IMG/VR virus record: IMGVR_UViG_3300017963_000266
Location: 5,993-69,992 of that record
Origin: a virus
Reading direction: 5' to 3' (one strand)
DNA: 64,000 nt
Shown here: in pieces, positions 56,416-64,000 of the stretch
Layout: every line of letters starts with the position of its first letter
How positions within the stretch are numbered: the stretch's first letter is position 1
Notes under the pieces: model-generated
Seen by the model: the letters and a program-made list of their open reading frames with translations, nothing else
Databases searched by the model: none
What the model was told of the DNA's origin: nothing
Made by a program: the position numbers and the translations under genes

Positions 56416-56997
56416 TTATTTGTTTACCCACCCATGATGCCTGTCATCACTATTTAACTTTAGGTAATTCAAGACCAGGACCTGGTCAAGGTCTGACTCA
56501 ACCAGAATTAAAAAGTTGTTGAAATGCTGCCAGCCCTTTTCCAGATATTCAAGATCAATATTTCCATGGTTTAGGAATTCCATTAACAAGGACGCGCTAT
56601 AGAAATTGATCCAATTCAATAGGTGAATGATTTTATCCTGAGGATAACCAAACCAGGCCATGGGAAACCAGGCCATGGGAAAGTCCTCTATTTTCTTGTC
56701 AGCTTGCCACATTAGAATCCTGGCATAATAAGACCAGTCCCCAGCTTCATCAAGGACCCTGGGGGCATATAAATGGTTGTAATGTTCTGGGTCCCTATCA
56801 TTACAAGTCTTGCACTTGTGCCAGTCAAAGCCTGGCTTAAATGTATCTTTGCCCCACAGGTCTAACAATTCACCAGCTTCCCCTGCTAATTTGGCAACAG
56901 GATGCAAGGAGTCTTTGGTCAAGCTGTGTCCTTCTGGGTACCAAGTCCTCAGGGCTGCCCCTATAGGGTCCTTGACTGGGTTGATATGCTTAATCAT
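56416..56997 (-). CDS. MazG-like nucleotide pyrophosphohydrolase
   Basis: LAGEAGELLD..DEAGD..YY; NYLKL. Confidence 0.7.
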   Translation of the reverse strand: MIKHINPVKDPIGAALRTWYPEGHSLTKDSLHPVAKLAGEAGELLDLWGKDTFKPGFDWHKCKTCNDRDPEHYNHLYAPRVLDEAGDWSYYARILMWQADKKIEDFPMAWFPMAWFGYPQDKIIHLLNWINFYSASLLMEFLNHGNIDLEYLEKGWQHFNNFLILVESDLDQVLVLNYLKLNSDDRHHGWVNK

Positions 56998-57012
56998 TTT
57001 TAGGTCCTTTCT

Positions 57013-57378
57013 TTAGAATGGCAATTCATCATTTCCGTTAGTAGTATTTCCGTTAGTAGTACTATTAGCCTGGTCCCATTGCCCCACATTTCTGCCCCAG
57101 CCAGTACCAGGGTTGCAGATAGGGCACAGCTTGGGCCCATTCCTTTTACTCTTTAGGTACTTTTCAAGGTCTTGTCCCCCAGACCATAACCGAACCAGAT
57201 TCCATTTAATATTCCTTTCCTTGGCAACCTGACATAGTCTGGCAGCATCGCTATTGCCTTTTCTGTGACAGGCCAGCCGCTGGGCTAAATTTTTACTATA
57301 CCCAATATAATGCTGGCAGGCATGGTCTGGGGAAATAGGTCTTTCAAAGTGTAGTAAATAAACAACTGACTGACACAT
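57013..57378 (-). CDS. GIY-YIG endonuclease
   Basis: VYLLHF..HYIG..L.QRL..H..E..LK..CPIC. Confidence 0.85.
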   Translation of the reverse strand: MCQSVVYLLHFERPISPDHACQHYIGYSKNLAQRLACHRKGNSDAARLCQVAKERNIKWNLVRLWSGGQDLEKYLKSKRNGPKLCPICNPGTGWGRNVGQWDQANSTTNGNTTNGNDELPF

Positions 57379-57479
57379 CTCTTAAGGTCCTTTCAGAAAA
57401 GTTTCTGGAAAAGTTCTGTAATCGATTCTAAGCCATTTATATGGGCTTAGGGTCTTATTCTACCTGTTGCCCCAGAAAA

Positions 57480-57525
57480 ACCCACCAGCAGCCCCGTAGC
57501 CTGTCACAAGGGCTGCTGGTGGGTA
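57480..57525. terminator. Stem-loop after UvrD gene
   Basis: ACCCACCAGCAGCCC / GGGCTGCTGGTGGGT; T-run on minus strand. Confidence 0.8.
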
Positions 57526-57530
57526 GGTAC

Positions 57531-59162
57531 CTACTTGTCAGGATAGACAAAGACTAGATTGTCTTTGGTCCTGGTAACTGCAACGTAGTGGATATTGGTT
57601 TCCTGGGCTTGGTCCTCGGGTGACTGGGCCAAGGGATGGGGCAGCTGGTGTGGTGCTAACACAAAAATTCTGTCCCATTCCAGACCTTTGGCCTTGTGAA
57701 CCGTGCTAAAAATGACACCCTTTTTCTGGTCTGAAAAAGTTGACTTAATCTTGTCCCTCAGTTCCTTGATGCTGTTGCAGTTGTCACTGATTGCAATAAT
57801 GGTTTCAACCTTATCTTCTAGCATTGCAATGGTGCCCTGCTTATTCAATTTTTCCAGCTTGACTTTTTCATTGCCCAGGTAAATTTTTAATTGAACCAGT
57901 AGTTCTGACAACCCATCCTGGGGACTGATAGCAACTGCGTTATATACGCTGGCCAGCTTTGCCCTTTTGTTGATTAGGCTGATCAGACCCTGTCCAATGT
58001 CGCGCCCCAGAATAGTTGCTTTCTTGCCTTGTCGGATTAAGGCAAAGCAGGGTTTCACCAGGGGGGCATTGGTGCGGCAGATAACCCCATCATCAGAAGT
58101 GACAGTTTCCAGAAATTGACTTTCAGTTGTAGTAGTTTGGCTGCCAGCTTTGGCTGCTGGGCCTGGCTCAAAAGTGATATGCTCAAAATGGTTGTGAACA
58201 TACTCAACTACTGTCATTGGTGCCCGATAGCTGACCGTCAGGGGCAATTCTCTGGCTGCTAATTTTGCTTGCATATATTCCATAATCCCAACAAAAGCCC
58301 CACGAAAAGCATAAATTGACTGGTGTGGGTCCCCTATTAATAACATGCGCCCACCAGCTGCCAGGGACTTTTCAGCAAAGGTGATTTGGGCCCTGTTCAG
58401 ATCTTGACATTCATCTACAAACAGCCAGTCAAATTGTTCAACCGGAACAATCTCCATTGCAGGCCAGTAAATCATATCATCAAAATCAAATTCACTTCGG
58501 TTGATTTCATTATTAGCCCAGATCAGGCTAACTTTTTCTACCACATCTGGGATGTCATCATAATCGACGTGAATACTGCCACTGGTGAAAATAATTTCTC
58601 TGATGTTTTCAGGCAATGGGTCTTTCAAATTAGCTTTCAGCAGCCCGATAATTTTAGCAACCGTGCTTTTGTCATCATAGGACCACTTCTTTGCCTCTTG
58701 GCCAGCTTGAACCTTTTGCTCATACATCCGGTCAATTGTGTCATAAATCTTGTACTGGTTAAATTTGGCTTTGGTTGCGCTTTTGATAGCCTTGTTACCC
58801 AGGCTGTGAAAGGTCCTGGCACAATCAACACCCCTATCCTGCAACTCCTGTGCAATGTGCTTATTGAAAGCCAGGAAAGCAACCTTGGCACTGCTGGGGA
58901 CATAATTAAGGGCCTGAATATTAGTTGTGGTCTTGCCACAACCAGCAACCCCATACACTACGCCATGCCCGTTGCCGGTTGCCACAAAGTCAAAAATGGC
59001 CTGCTGATAAGGACTTGGCTCAAAGCCCTTTTTAGCAAGCTGCTGGGTGACATCTTCATCACCATAAAGAAAATCATTCACTTCTTGCAAGTCTCTGGGG
59101 TCAGTTCCCAGAAAGGCTGCAAACTCTTCCACCCCACCTAAATTCAAGTCATCTGTAATCAT
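57531..59162 (-). CDS. UvrD/Rep SF1 helicase
   Basis: GVAGCGKT, TFHS, VDECQD, GDPHQSIYAFRGA, STVHKAKGLEW, YVAVTR; start moved to the ATG behind GAAAGGAC. Confidence 0.95.
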   Translation of the reverse strand: MITDDLNLGGVEEFAAFLGTDPRDLQEVNDFLYGDEDVTQQLAKKGFEPSPYQQAIFDFVATGNGHGVVYGVAGCGKTTTNIQALNYVPSSAKVAFLAFNKHIAQELQDRGVDCARTFHSLGNKAIKSATKAKFNQYKIYDTIDRMYEQKVQAGQEAKKWSYDDKSTVAKIIGLLKANLKDPLPENIREIIFTSGSIHVDYDDIPDVVEKVSLIWANNEINRSEFDFDDMIYWPAMEIVPVEQFDWLFVDECQDLNRAQITFAEKSLAAGGRMLLIGDPHQSIYAFRGAFVGIMEYMQAKLAARELPLTVSYRAPMTVVEYVHNHFEHITFEPGPAAKAGSQTTTTESQFLETVTSDDGVICRTNAPLVKPCFALIRQGKKATILGRDIGQGLISLINKRAKLASVYNAVAISPQDGLSELLVQLKIYLGNEKVKLEKLNKQGTIAMLEDKVETIIAISDNCNSIKELRDKIKSTFSDQKKGVIFSTVHKAKGLEWDRIFVLAPHQLPHPLAQSPEDQAQETNIHYVAVTRTKDNLVFVYPDK

Positions 59163-59228
59163 TTTTTTAGTCCTTTCAAAAAGTTTCAAAAAGATGGGAC
59201 AGGGCTGATGGGCCCTGCCCCTAAAAAA

Positions 59229-59768
59229 TTACCCGATGTAATCTTCATCCATTCCACTGTCACCGCGCATTAAGGCAACGTTTGCAGCCAACTGGCTCTT
59301 GGGATCAGGCTGATCTTTGGGGGCATCAGCAACTACTGCCCAGCAATGCCCATTGCCTGAGGCATTCCAGACCTTGATCAGCTGGGGGTTGCAATCATTC
59401 CAAAAGATGCTAGACAAGAAAGCATTCATCTTGGTATCAGCGAAAGCCACAACCTTGCCCTGGGCTTTGACGGCAGCCTTGATAACACCCAGGGCCATAT
59501 AGTTGACCGTATGGGCACTGTCATTAGCTGGATGCCAGCCATGCTTTTTACCTGCAACCATTTCTTTGTGGTCAAAGGTGAAAAGGTGGGCTGTGATTTC
59601 CAGCTGGCCATTAGTCTTACCAAAGTCAAGGGTGACCTGATAAGGTTTGCCAGTCCGCTGGCTGACCACTGAAAAAACCCGGTGGGTGTGGTCCCTGCGA
59701 TAAATTTCTTGGGTGGTAGAGGCTGCTGCTACTTCGTTGACCTTGGTCATTCTGTCTTTGATTGCCAT
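59229..59768 (-). CDS. Hypothetical early protein
   Basis: GAAAGGACC SD behind a consensus promoter. Confidence 0.7.
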   Translation of the reverse strand: MAIKDRMTKVNEVAAASTTQEIYRRDHTHRVFSVVSQRTGKPYQVTLDFGKTNGQLEITAHLFTFDHKEMVAGKKHGWHPANDSAHTVNYMALGVIKAAVKAQGKVVAFADTKMNAFLSSIFWNDCNPQLIKVWNASGNGHCWAVVADAPKDQPDPKSQLAANVALMRGDSGMDEDYIG

Positions 59769-59818
59769 TGGTGGGGTCCTTTCGGTTGCTAAAAGTTTGC
59801 CTTGGTCCTACAGGTCTT

Positions 59819-59865
59819 ATTGTATCATTTCCTGTTGCATGTGTCAACCCCTTGAACCTTAAAAT
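59819..59865 (-). promoter_or_regulatory. Near-consensus sigma70 promoter + AACCTTAAAAT box
   Basis: TTGACA-N17-TACAAT with extended TG; box at 59855-59865. Confidence 0.85.
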
Positions 59866-59928
59866 TAATCAAATTTAAAGAAACTTTTTTAATCAAACTT
59901 AAGGAACCAACTTTAGCTAAAAAAGGGG

Positions 59929-59996
59929 CTGTTACGGTTGTTACACCATAACAATCCCTTTTGTTACCCTTATCTGTTACGTAACAACCGTAACAG
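59929..59996. repeat. 16-bp perfect inverted repeat containing six TGTTAC/GTAACA hexamers
   Basis: CTGTTACGGTTGTTAC (59929-59944) and GTAACAACCGTAACAG (59981-59996). Confidence 0.9.
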
Positions 59997-59997
59997 A

Positions 59998-61200
59998 CTA
60001 GATTCCTTGCCTTTCGCGGTATGCAGCCTGTTTGCAGGCCTGGCTACAATATAGTTTTTTGCCAGTCACTGGTTCGTCACAATCTGGGCCTTGGCACATC
60101 CCAATATCAACAGACCTGTCAGCCCAAACAGAATTGGCTTTTGTAGACTGGGGCAGGCCTGATAGCAACCTGGGCTGCCCACTAATAGCAAAGGGCCCAG
60201 GTAAGTCTATTTCAACCCTTGACTTAATGGAATCAAACATCTGCCAGATTGCCTTATTTTCCTTGGTCAGCTTAGGGTCAAGGTACACTTCTGCAAAGTC
60301 CTTTTTGACTGACCCATGTCCAGCAATCCCCAGGTCATTGACATTGGCCCCATGGCTTGCCAGGACTAGCCTGATATTAGTTTTCCTGGTGCCTCTTGAC
60401 AACCTTTTTAAGATGTCCCCAGCCCCAGGGACTTCGTCAATCAGTTCTGGCCACTCGTCCAAAGCCAGAACTATTCTGGTATAATCCACTTGGGTCAAGT
60501 CATTTCTGCGTCTTTCGTACAAATCGAAAATGCCTGCCAAAGCAATTGCTATATCTTCTGATAATTGCACAGCCAGGGCCCTGGGATGGATATTATTAGC
60601 TTTTAGGTCCAAAGCCGTATGGGTTGACAACCAGACCAGTCTTGCTGCTGGGTCTTGCCTAAGATGCCAGTCTACAGCCTGATTCATAGCAGTTGTTTTG
60701 CCAGACCCAGTTCCCCCCACCAGCATTAGATGGGGATAAGTTTCCAGCAGCCCAAACAGGGTTGACAGGGTTGTTGGCTTTTCTGGACTTATTTCTGCTG
60801 GCAGTAGCTGTTGTTTTTCAATAACCTTGGGACGATTCCATGCGTCCCAGGACCTTCTTTCATCTGAAGTAGGTTCTTCAAAAGTATCTTTGCTGTTCCG
60901 ATAATACCTTGGGTCAAGGTGGGCTGCATTCCACCAACCATGTCCGCTGTCACTAATGAAAACCTGCCCATTGGGTGTAGTAATTGACATGACCTGGGAT
61001 TCCCTTTGGGCTTTCTTTCTTTCAGCCTGTAGTATTAGCATCTTTTCCAGGGCAATCCAACCGATGCCCACTACACTAAAAACAGCCAGGCCAGCAGTAG
61101 ACCAGAAAATTATTTTAATAGCTAAGATCATTTCAGTCCTGGCAAATATCAGGCCTATCACCACCAGGATTAGAATTATTACAACCAGGATTCTTTTCAT
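59998..61200 (-). CDS. Membrane-anchored FtsK/HerA-superfamily (TraB-like) ATPase with C-terminal Cys motif
   Basis: Two N-terminal TMs, GGTGSGKT, LALDEWP, RGTRKTNIRLVLASH, C..PDC..YCSQACKQAAYR; start MKRILV. Confidence 0.75.
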   Translation of the reverse strand: MKRILVVIILILVVIGLIFARTEMILAIKIIFWSTAGLAVFSVVGIGWIALEKMLILQAERKKAQRESQVMSITTPNGQVFISDSGHGWWNAAHLDPRYYRNSKDTFEEPTSDERRSWDAWNRPKVIEKQQLLPAEISPEKPTTLSTLFGLLETYPHLMLVGGTGSGKTTAMNQAVDWHLRQDPAARLVWLSTHTALDLKANNIHPRALAVQLSEDIAIALAGIFDLYERRRNDLTQVDYTRIVLALDEWPELIDEVPGAGDILKRLSRGTRKTNIRLVLASHGANVNDLGIAGHGSVKKDFAEVYLDPKLTKENKAIWQMFDSIKSRVEIDLPGPFAISGQPRLLSGLPQSTKANSVWADRSVDIGMCQGPDCDEPVTGKKLYCSQACKQAAYRERQGI

Positions 61201-61216
61201 ACGCTTGCCCCTTTTC

Positions 61217-61552
61217 CTACTCTTGCAGCCCCGAGTTTTGCAGCCCATCCAAGATTTCTTTTTTGGCAGCATCAATTGCCCTCAGGACTTCTGACCGTAC
61301 CCCAGCAATCAAGCTATCTGTCCCCCTTTTACTTAACAGCCTTGATTCAGCAATAAAGCTGGGATTGATTGTCATCTTTAGCAACCCGACAACCAGGCTG
61401 TCAACGGTTCCGTAATAGCCCAATATTTCCCATTTTGGATCAGACATCTGGCCTTGATACTTGCCTTTTTCAATTAATCGGCCAGGCTGCCATATTTCCA
61501 GAACCAGATTTCTTTTGTCTTGCCTGCGGATTCGATATTTCTTTTCAGTCAT
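61217..61552 (-). CDS. Hypothetical protein
   Basis: WEILGYYG; start moved to MTEKK behind AAAGGAC. Confidence 0.6.
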   Translation of the reverse strand: MTEKKYRIRRQDKRNLVLEIWQPGRLIEKGKYQGQMSDPKWEILGYYGTVDSLVVGLLKMTINPSFIAESRLLSKRGTDSLIAGVRSEVLRAIDAAKKEILDGLQNSGLQE

Positions 61553-61553
61553 C

Positions 61554-61946
61554 TTAGAAAGTCCTTTTGCTAAACAACCACTTAAGTAAATTATTGCCTT
61601 CTTTGGGATTACTTTCTTTAATTTCCTCAAATCTTGGTGGGTAGCTTTTGTTTTTTAATGGGATTCCTGCCTTTGTCAACTGATAGACTGCCCAGTTTGC
61701 CTGCTCTGTTCTAACTGAGAACATGAACTCATTGCCGGTCATTTGCATGCCCCAGGTCTTGACCCCCACCTTTTTCATTAACTCCAAAACCTGCCAGGCA
61801 TTGTAACCAGCCCTAAGGCAGTCATCATATTTAATAAAAAAGGTCCAAGTGTGCAGCTGTCCTGGGTCATTAATGAATTTCTCAACTATACCTACAGCTG
61901 GGGTTATCCAATCAAGAACTGATAATACTTGAAATAATCGCAACAT
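61554..61946 (-). CDS. Hypothetical protein, paralog of 31860..32279
   Basis: Shared motifs DWITPA, GVKTWG, MFS, AGIP. Confidence 0.75.
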   Translation of the reverse strand: MLRLFQVLSVLDWITPAVGIVEKFINDPGQLHTWTFFIKYDDCLRAGYNAWQVLELMKKVGVKTWGMQMTGNEFMFSVRTEQANWAVYQLTKAGIPLKNKSYPPRFEEIKESNPKEGNNLLKWLFSKRTF

Positions 61947-62215
61947 CAGCCAAACAGGGCCCAGGCCAGGGTATTAAAAATAACTTGCCCTAACCGGAAA
62001 CTATGTACCCCCACCATAACTATTTCAGTCATTACCAGGATCAGGTCACTTAGGAAATAGATTGCAGCCTGAAACTTGTCAAAAAACATAATGAACAGGG
62101 TGACAAGGTTAATGACCTGAAACAGAATAAATCTAATTCGCCTTAGGTGATAATCTGATGGGGTGTCAATCATTACTTGAAATTGTAGGTAAGTTGTTGC
62201 CTGTAGGGTATTCAT
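61946..62215 (-). CDS. Membrane protein
   Basis: Hydrophobic helices, TGATG overlap. Confidence 0.55.
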   Translation of the reverse strand: MNTLQATTYLQFQVMIDTPSDYHLRRIRFILFQVINLVTLFIMFFDKFQAAIYFLSDLILVMTEIVMVGVHSFRLGQVIFNTLAWALFG

Positions 62216-62244
62216 CTTTTTCAGCCCCTTTTAGTCTTTGTTTG

Positions 62245-62994
62245 CTATTGTCCTCTGTCCAGCAGTCCAGCTGACACTGGGGGCAGAACTTTGGCCGCTT
62301 CATACAACCCAGGGTTGCTTCCTAGCTTTAAGAATTTCTGGGCCTGCCTTAAATTGGCCTGCGCCTGCAATAGTGGGGCTGCTGTTCCGGTCAATTCCAG
62401 CTTGGCAGCCTCAGCTGTAATAAGGGCCTTGGATTTTGAAACTTCTGTCAATAAGTTTTCACTAAAAGCCCTATATCCTCTTTGCCACTGAGCCAGAGTC
62501 CCAACCTGGGTTGCAACAACCTTGGCAACCTGATGCCAATAATTAAGGTCCTTGGCACTGCAAAGCATTAAGGTTCTGACATGTTCATCCTTAACCGAAC
62601 CAGCTGCTTTGGCGATTCCTATAGGGTCTTGACAGTCGATTGCTTCAAGACAATCTTGCAGGCTTTCTATTTCCCTGGCCATAGACTCAGCTTTCAGAAC
62701 AATGGCCTGAATTAGATTGACCAGATTTTGAGTATAGGTCCTGGCATCAGTCAAGTGAATGCTGGCCTGCCTTTCATCCTCTTGTGCCTTTTTCAAGGTT
62801 CGATTAAGCAACCTTATATTTTGAATAATCGGTTCTGCCTCTTTTTGTTCTACCCCTTCCGGTTCTGCCTCTTTTCGTTTCTGGTGCCTCTTGTATAGCT
62901 GCCAGCCAACAAAAATGCAGACTGCCAGAAATAGTCCCCCAATAAGCAAAGACAATATCTGATCAATTACCATTAAAGATGTCCCCTGATTCAT
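62245..62994 (-). CDS. TM-anchored coiled-coil protein
   Basis: N-terminal TM and long helical region. Confidence 0.7.
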   Translation of the reverse strand: MNQGTSLMVIDQILSLLIGGLFLAVCIFVGWQLYKRHQKRKEAEPEGVEQKEAEPIIQNIRLLNRTLKKAQEDERQASIHLTDARTYTQNLVNLIQAIVLKAESMAREIESLQDCLEAIDCQDPIGIAKAAGSVKDEHVRTLMLCSAKDLNYWHQVAKVVATQVGTLAQWQRGYRAFSENLLTEVSKSKALITAEAAKLELTGTAAPLLQAQANLRQAQKFLKLGSNPGLYEAAKVLPPVSAGLLDRGQ

Positions 62995-62997
62995 ATG

Positions 62998-63111
62998 TTA
63001 CCCCCTTGTCATTGTATTAAATCTGTAAATTAGCCAAGCTAATAGAGCATAGAATAAAATTGATCCCACCAGCAGCAGCAATATGCTGGGCCTGTCATAA
63101 TCATTATTCAT
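62998..63111 (-). CDS. 37-aa single-TM peptide
   Basis: Manual translation MNNDYDRPSILLLLVGSILFYALLAWLIYRFNTMTRG. Confidence 0.5.
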   Translation of the reverse strand: MNNDYDRPSILLLLVGSILFYALLAWLIYRFNTMTRG

Positions 63112-63493
63112 CCATCAGCCCCGCGCCCAGTCTAACCTGCTGCTGCTGTTCCTTTGTTTCATCTTCTGCAACCAGCGTAAAATTCTGCAACCCAGCTGCC
63201 TTCATAGTTTCAATGGTTTGGGCAATTTCCTGAACCAGGCTGACCAATTCTGTGTCATCAGTGCTTAGTTTATCAGGGTCCCAGTTGGGGTCATTCTGCT
63301 GGATTGACATGGCCCTATCCCGATGCAACACAAACCTTAGTAGCTGGGTGTGACCGTCTAACCAACCCAGTTGTTTCTGTAGGGCTTTCCAGTAGTCAAT
63401 CAAGTCCTGGTCACCCTGATCCTGTACTCCATTCCGGTCAGCCTTTTTTAAGTAGACTTGTATCTTAAAATACTTGCTATAATCTTTAGGCAT
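63104..63493 (-). CDS. Putative ParR-like partition adaptor
   Basis: Overlaps the ParM-like stop; N-terminal strand+helices, acidic tail. Confidence 0.45.
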   Translation of the reverse strand: MPKDYSKYFKIQVYLKKADRNGVQDQGDQDLIDYWKALQKQLGWLDGHTQLLRFVLHRDRAMSIQQNDPNWDPDKLSTDDTELVSLVQEIAQTIETMKAAGLQNFTLVAEDETKEQQQQVRLGAGLMDE

Positions 63494-64000
63494 ACTTCCC
63501 CCCTGTCAACCTATCTTGCAACTTTCTGGCCTTGGCATATCCAGCAGCTGTGTCCCATTGTGGGTCATTACTCAACCAGATATTTTGGTGCCAGCTGGAA
63601 AGGTCAACCAGATGAGCCCCCCCACCAGTCGCCACTATACTGAACAATCGCCCCTTTTCCGTGTCCTTGTAAACATTGGACAGGGTATCAATAATCATTT
63701 CCTGAAATTTGGCTTTGATGGGACCAAGGTCAATTTCCTGAATATTGCCATACCGCCAGGCAAGACCTGTTTCCAGAATTTCCAGCAATTCAAAGTCATC
63801 AAAATGTTGACCTGGGTATTGTTCTGCTAGCAAATCACGTAACAGGGGCAGCATGGTGAATGTTCCAATTGCCCTGCTGTCAGTACCTATCTTGACCATA
63901 TCCAGCCCTGGGCAATTGGGGTCCGACAGGTCAACATCAATGGTAGCAATTTCAACCGTGTTAGACCCAATGTTGCAACAGCCGATTCTGATGTTATCAA
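63486..64000 (-). CDS. ParM/StbA-like actin-family ATPase (5' end outside window)
   Basis: Frame open to the edge: IGCCNIGSNTVEI (phosphate-2-like), VATGGGAHL (adenosine motif), DPQWDTAAGY. Confidence 0.7.
   Translation of the reverse strand, partial: DNIRIGCCNIGSNTVEIATIDVDLSDPNCPGLDMVKIGTDSRAIGTFTMLPLLRDLLAEQYPGQHFDDFELLEILETGLAWRYGNIQEIDLGPIKAKFQEMIIDTLSNVYKDTEKGRLFSIVATGGGAHLVDLSSWHQNIWLSNDPQWDTAAGYAKARKLQDRLTGGKYA

Noticed and set aside
59819-59847. Resemblance of promoter spacer TGCAACAGG to the CRISPR repeat GTTGCAACGGG
   Set aside because: Only 6 contiguous nt shared; insufficient to infer a link
1-64000. Stop-codon reassignment
   Set aside because: Genes are full length and densely packed under the standard code, with TAA, TAG and TGA all used as stops

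Overview
A 64-kb segment of a tailed dsDNA phage (siphovirus-like), with almost all genes on the minus strand. The host is probably Chloroflexota, inferred from a signal peptide + YLPLI motif. Reading right to left: a ParM-like/adaptor pair and an FtsK/TraB-like membrane ATPase module (suggesting a phage-plasmid), early/replication genes (UvrD and DinG helicases, TOPRIM, GIY-YIG, MazG-like, N6-methylase, pyrimidine-dimer glycosylase), holin-like genes, TerS/TerL, portal-MuF, protease/scaffold, major capsid, a large glycan synthesis/modification cluster, then neck, tail, tape-measure and adhesin genes. The standout element lies directly after the capsid gene: a ~455-aa TnpB/Cas12f-like nuclease with a rearranged (Fanzor-type) RuvC-II, followed by a 4-repeat/3-spacer CRISPR array. 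A hairpin-rich region with two anti-repeats overlaps the gene's 3' end and abuts the first repeat. No transposase or cas1/cas2 is seen, and its promoter carries the same 11-bp box found at five other phage promoters. It looks like a phage-domesticated omegaRNA-to-CRISPR intermediate. Other candidates: a +1 tail-chaperone frameshift, an ATA start codon, a switchable leader RNA and several dispersed motifs. All calls come from reading motifs by eye; no database searches were run.
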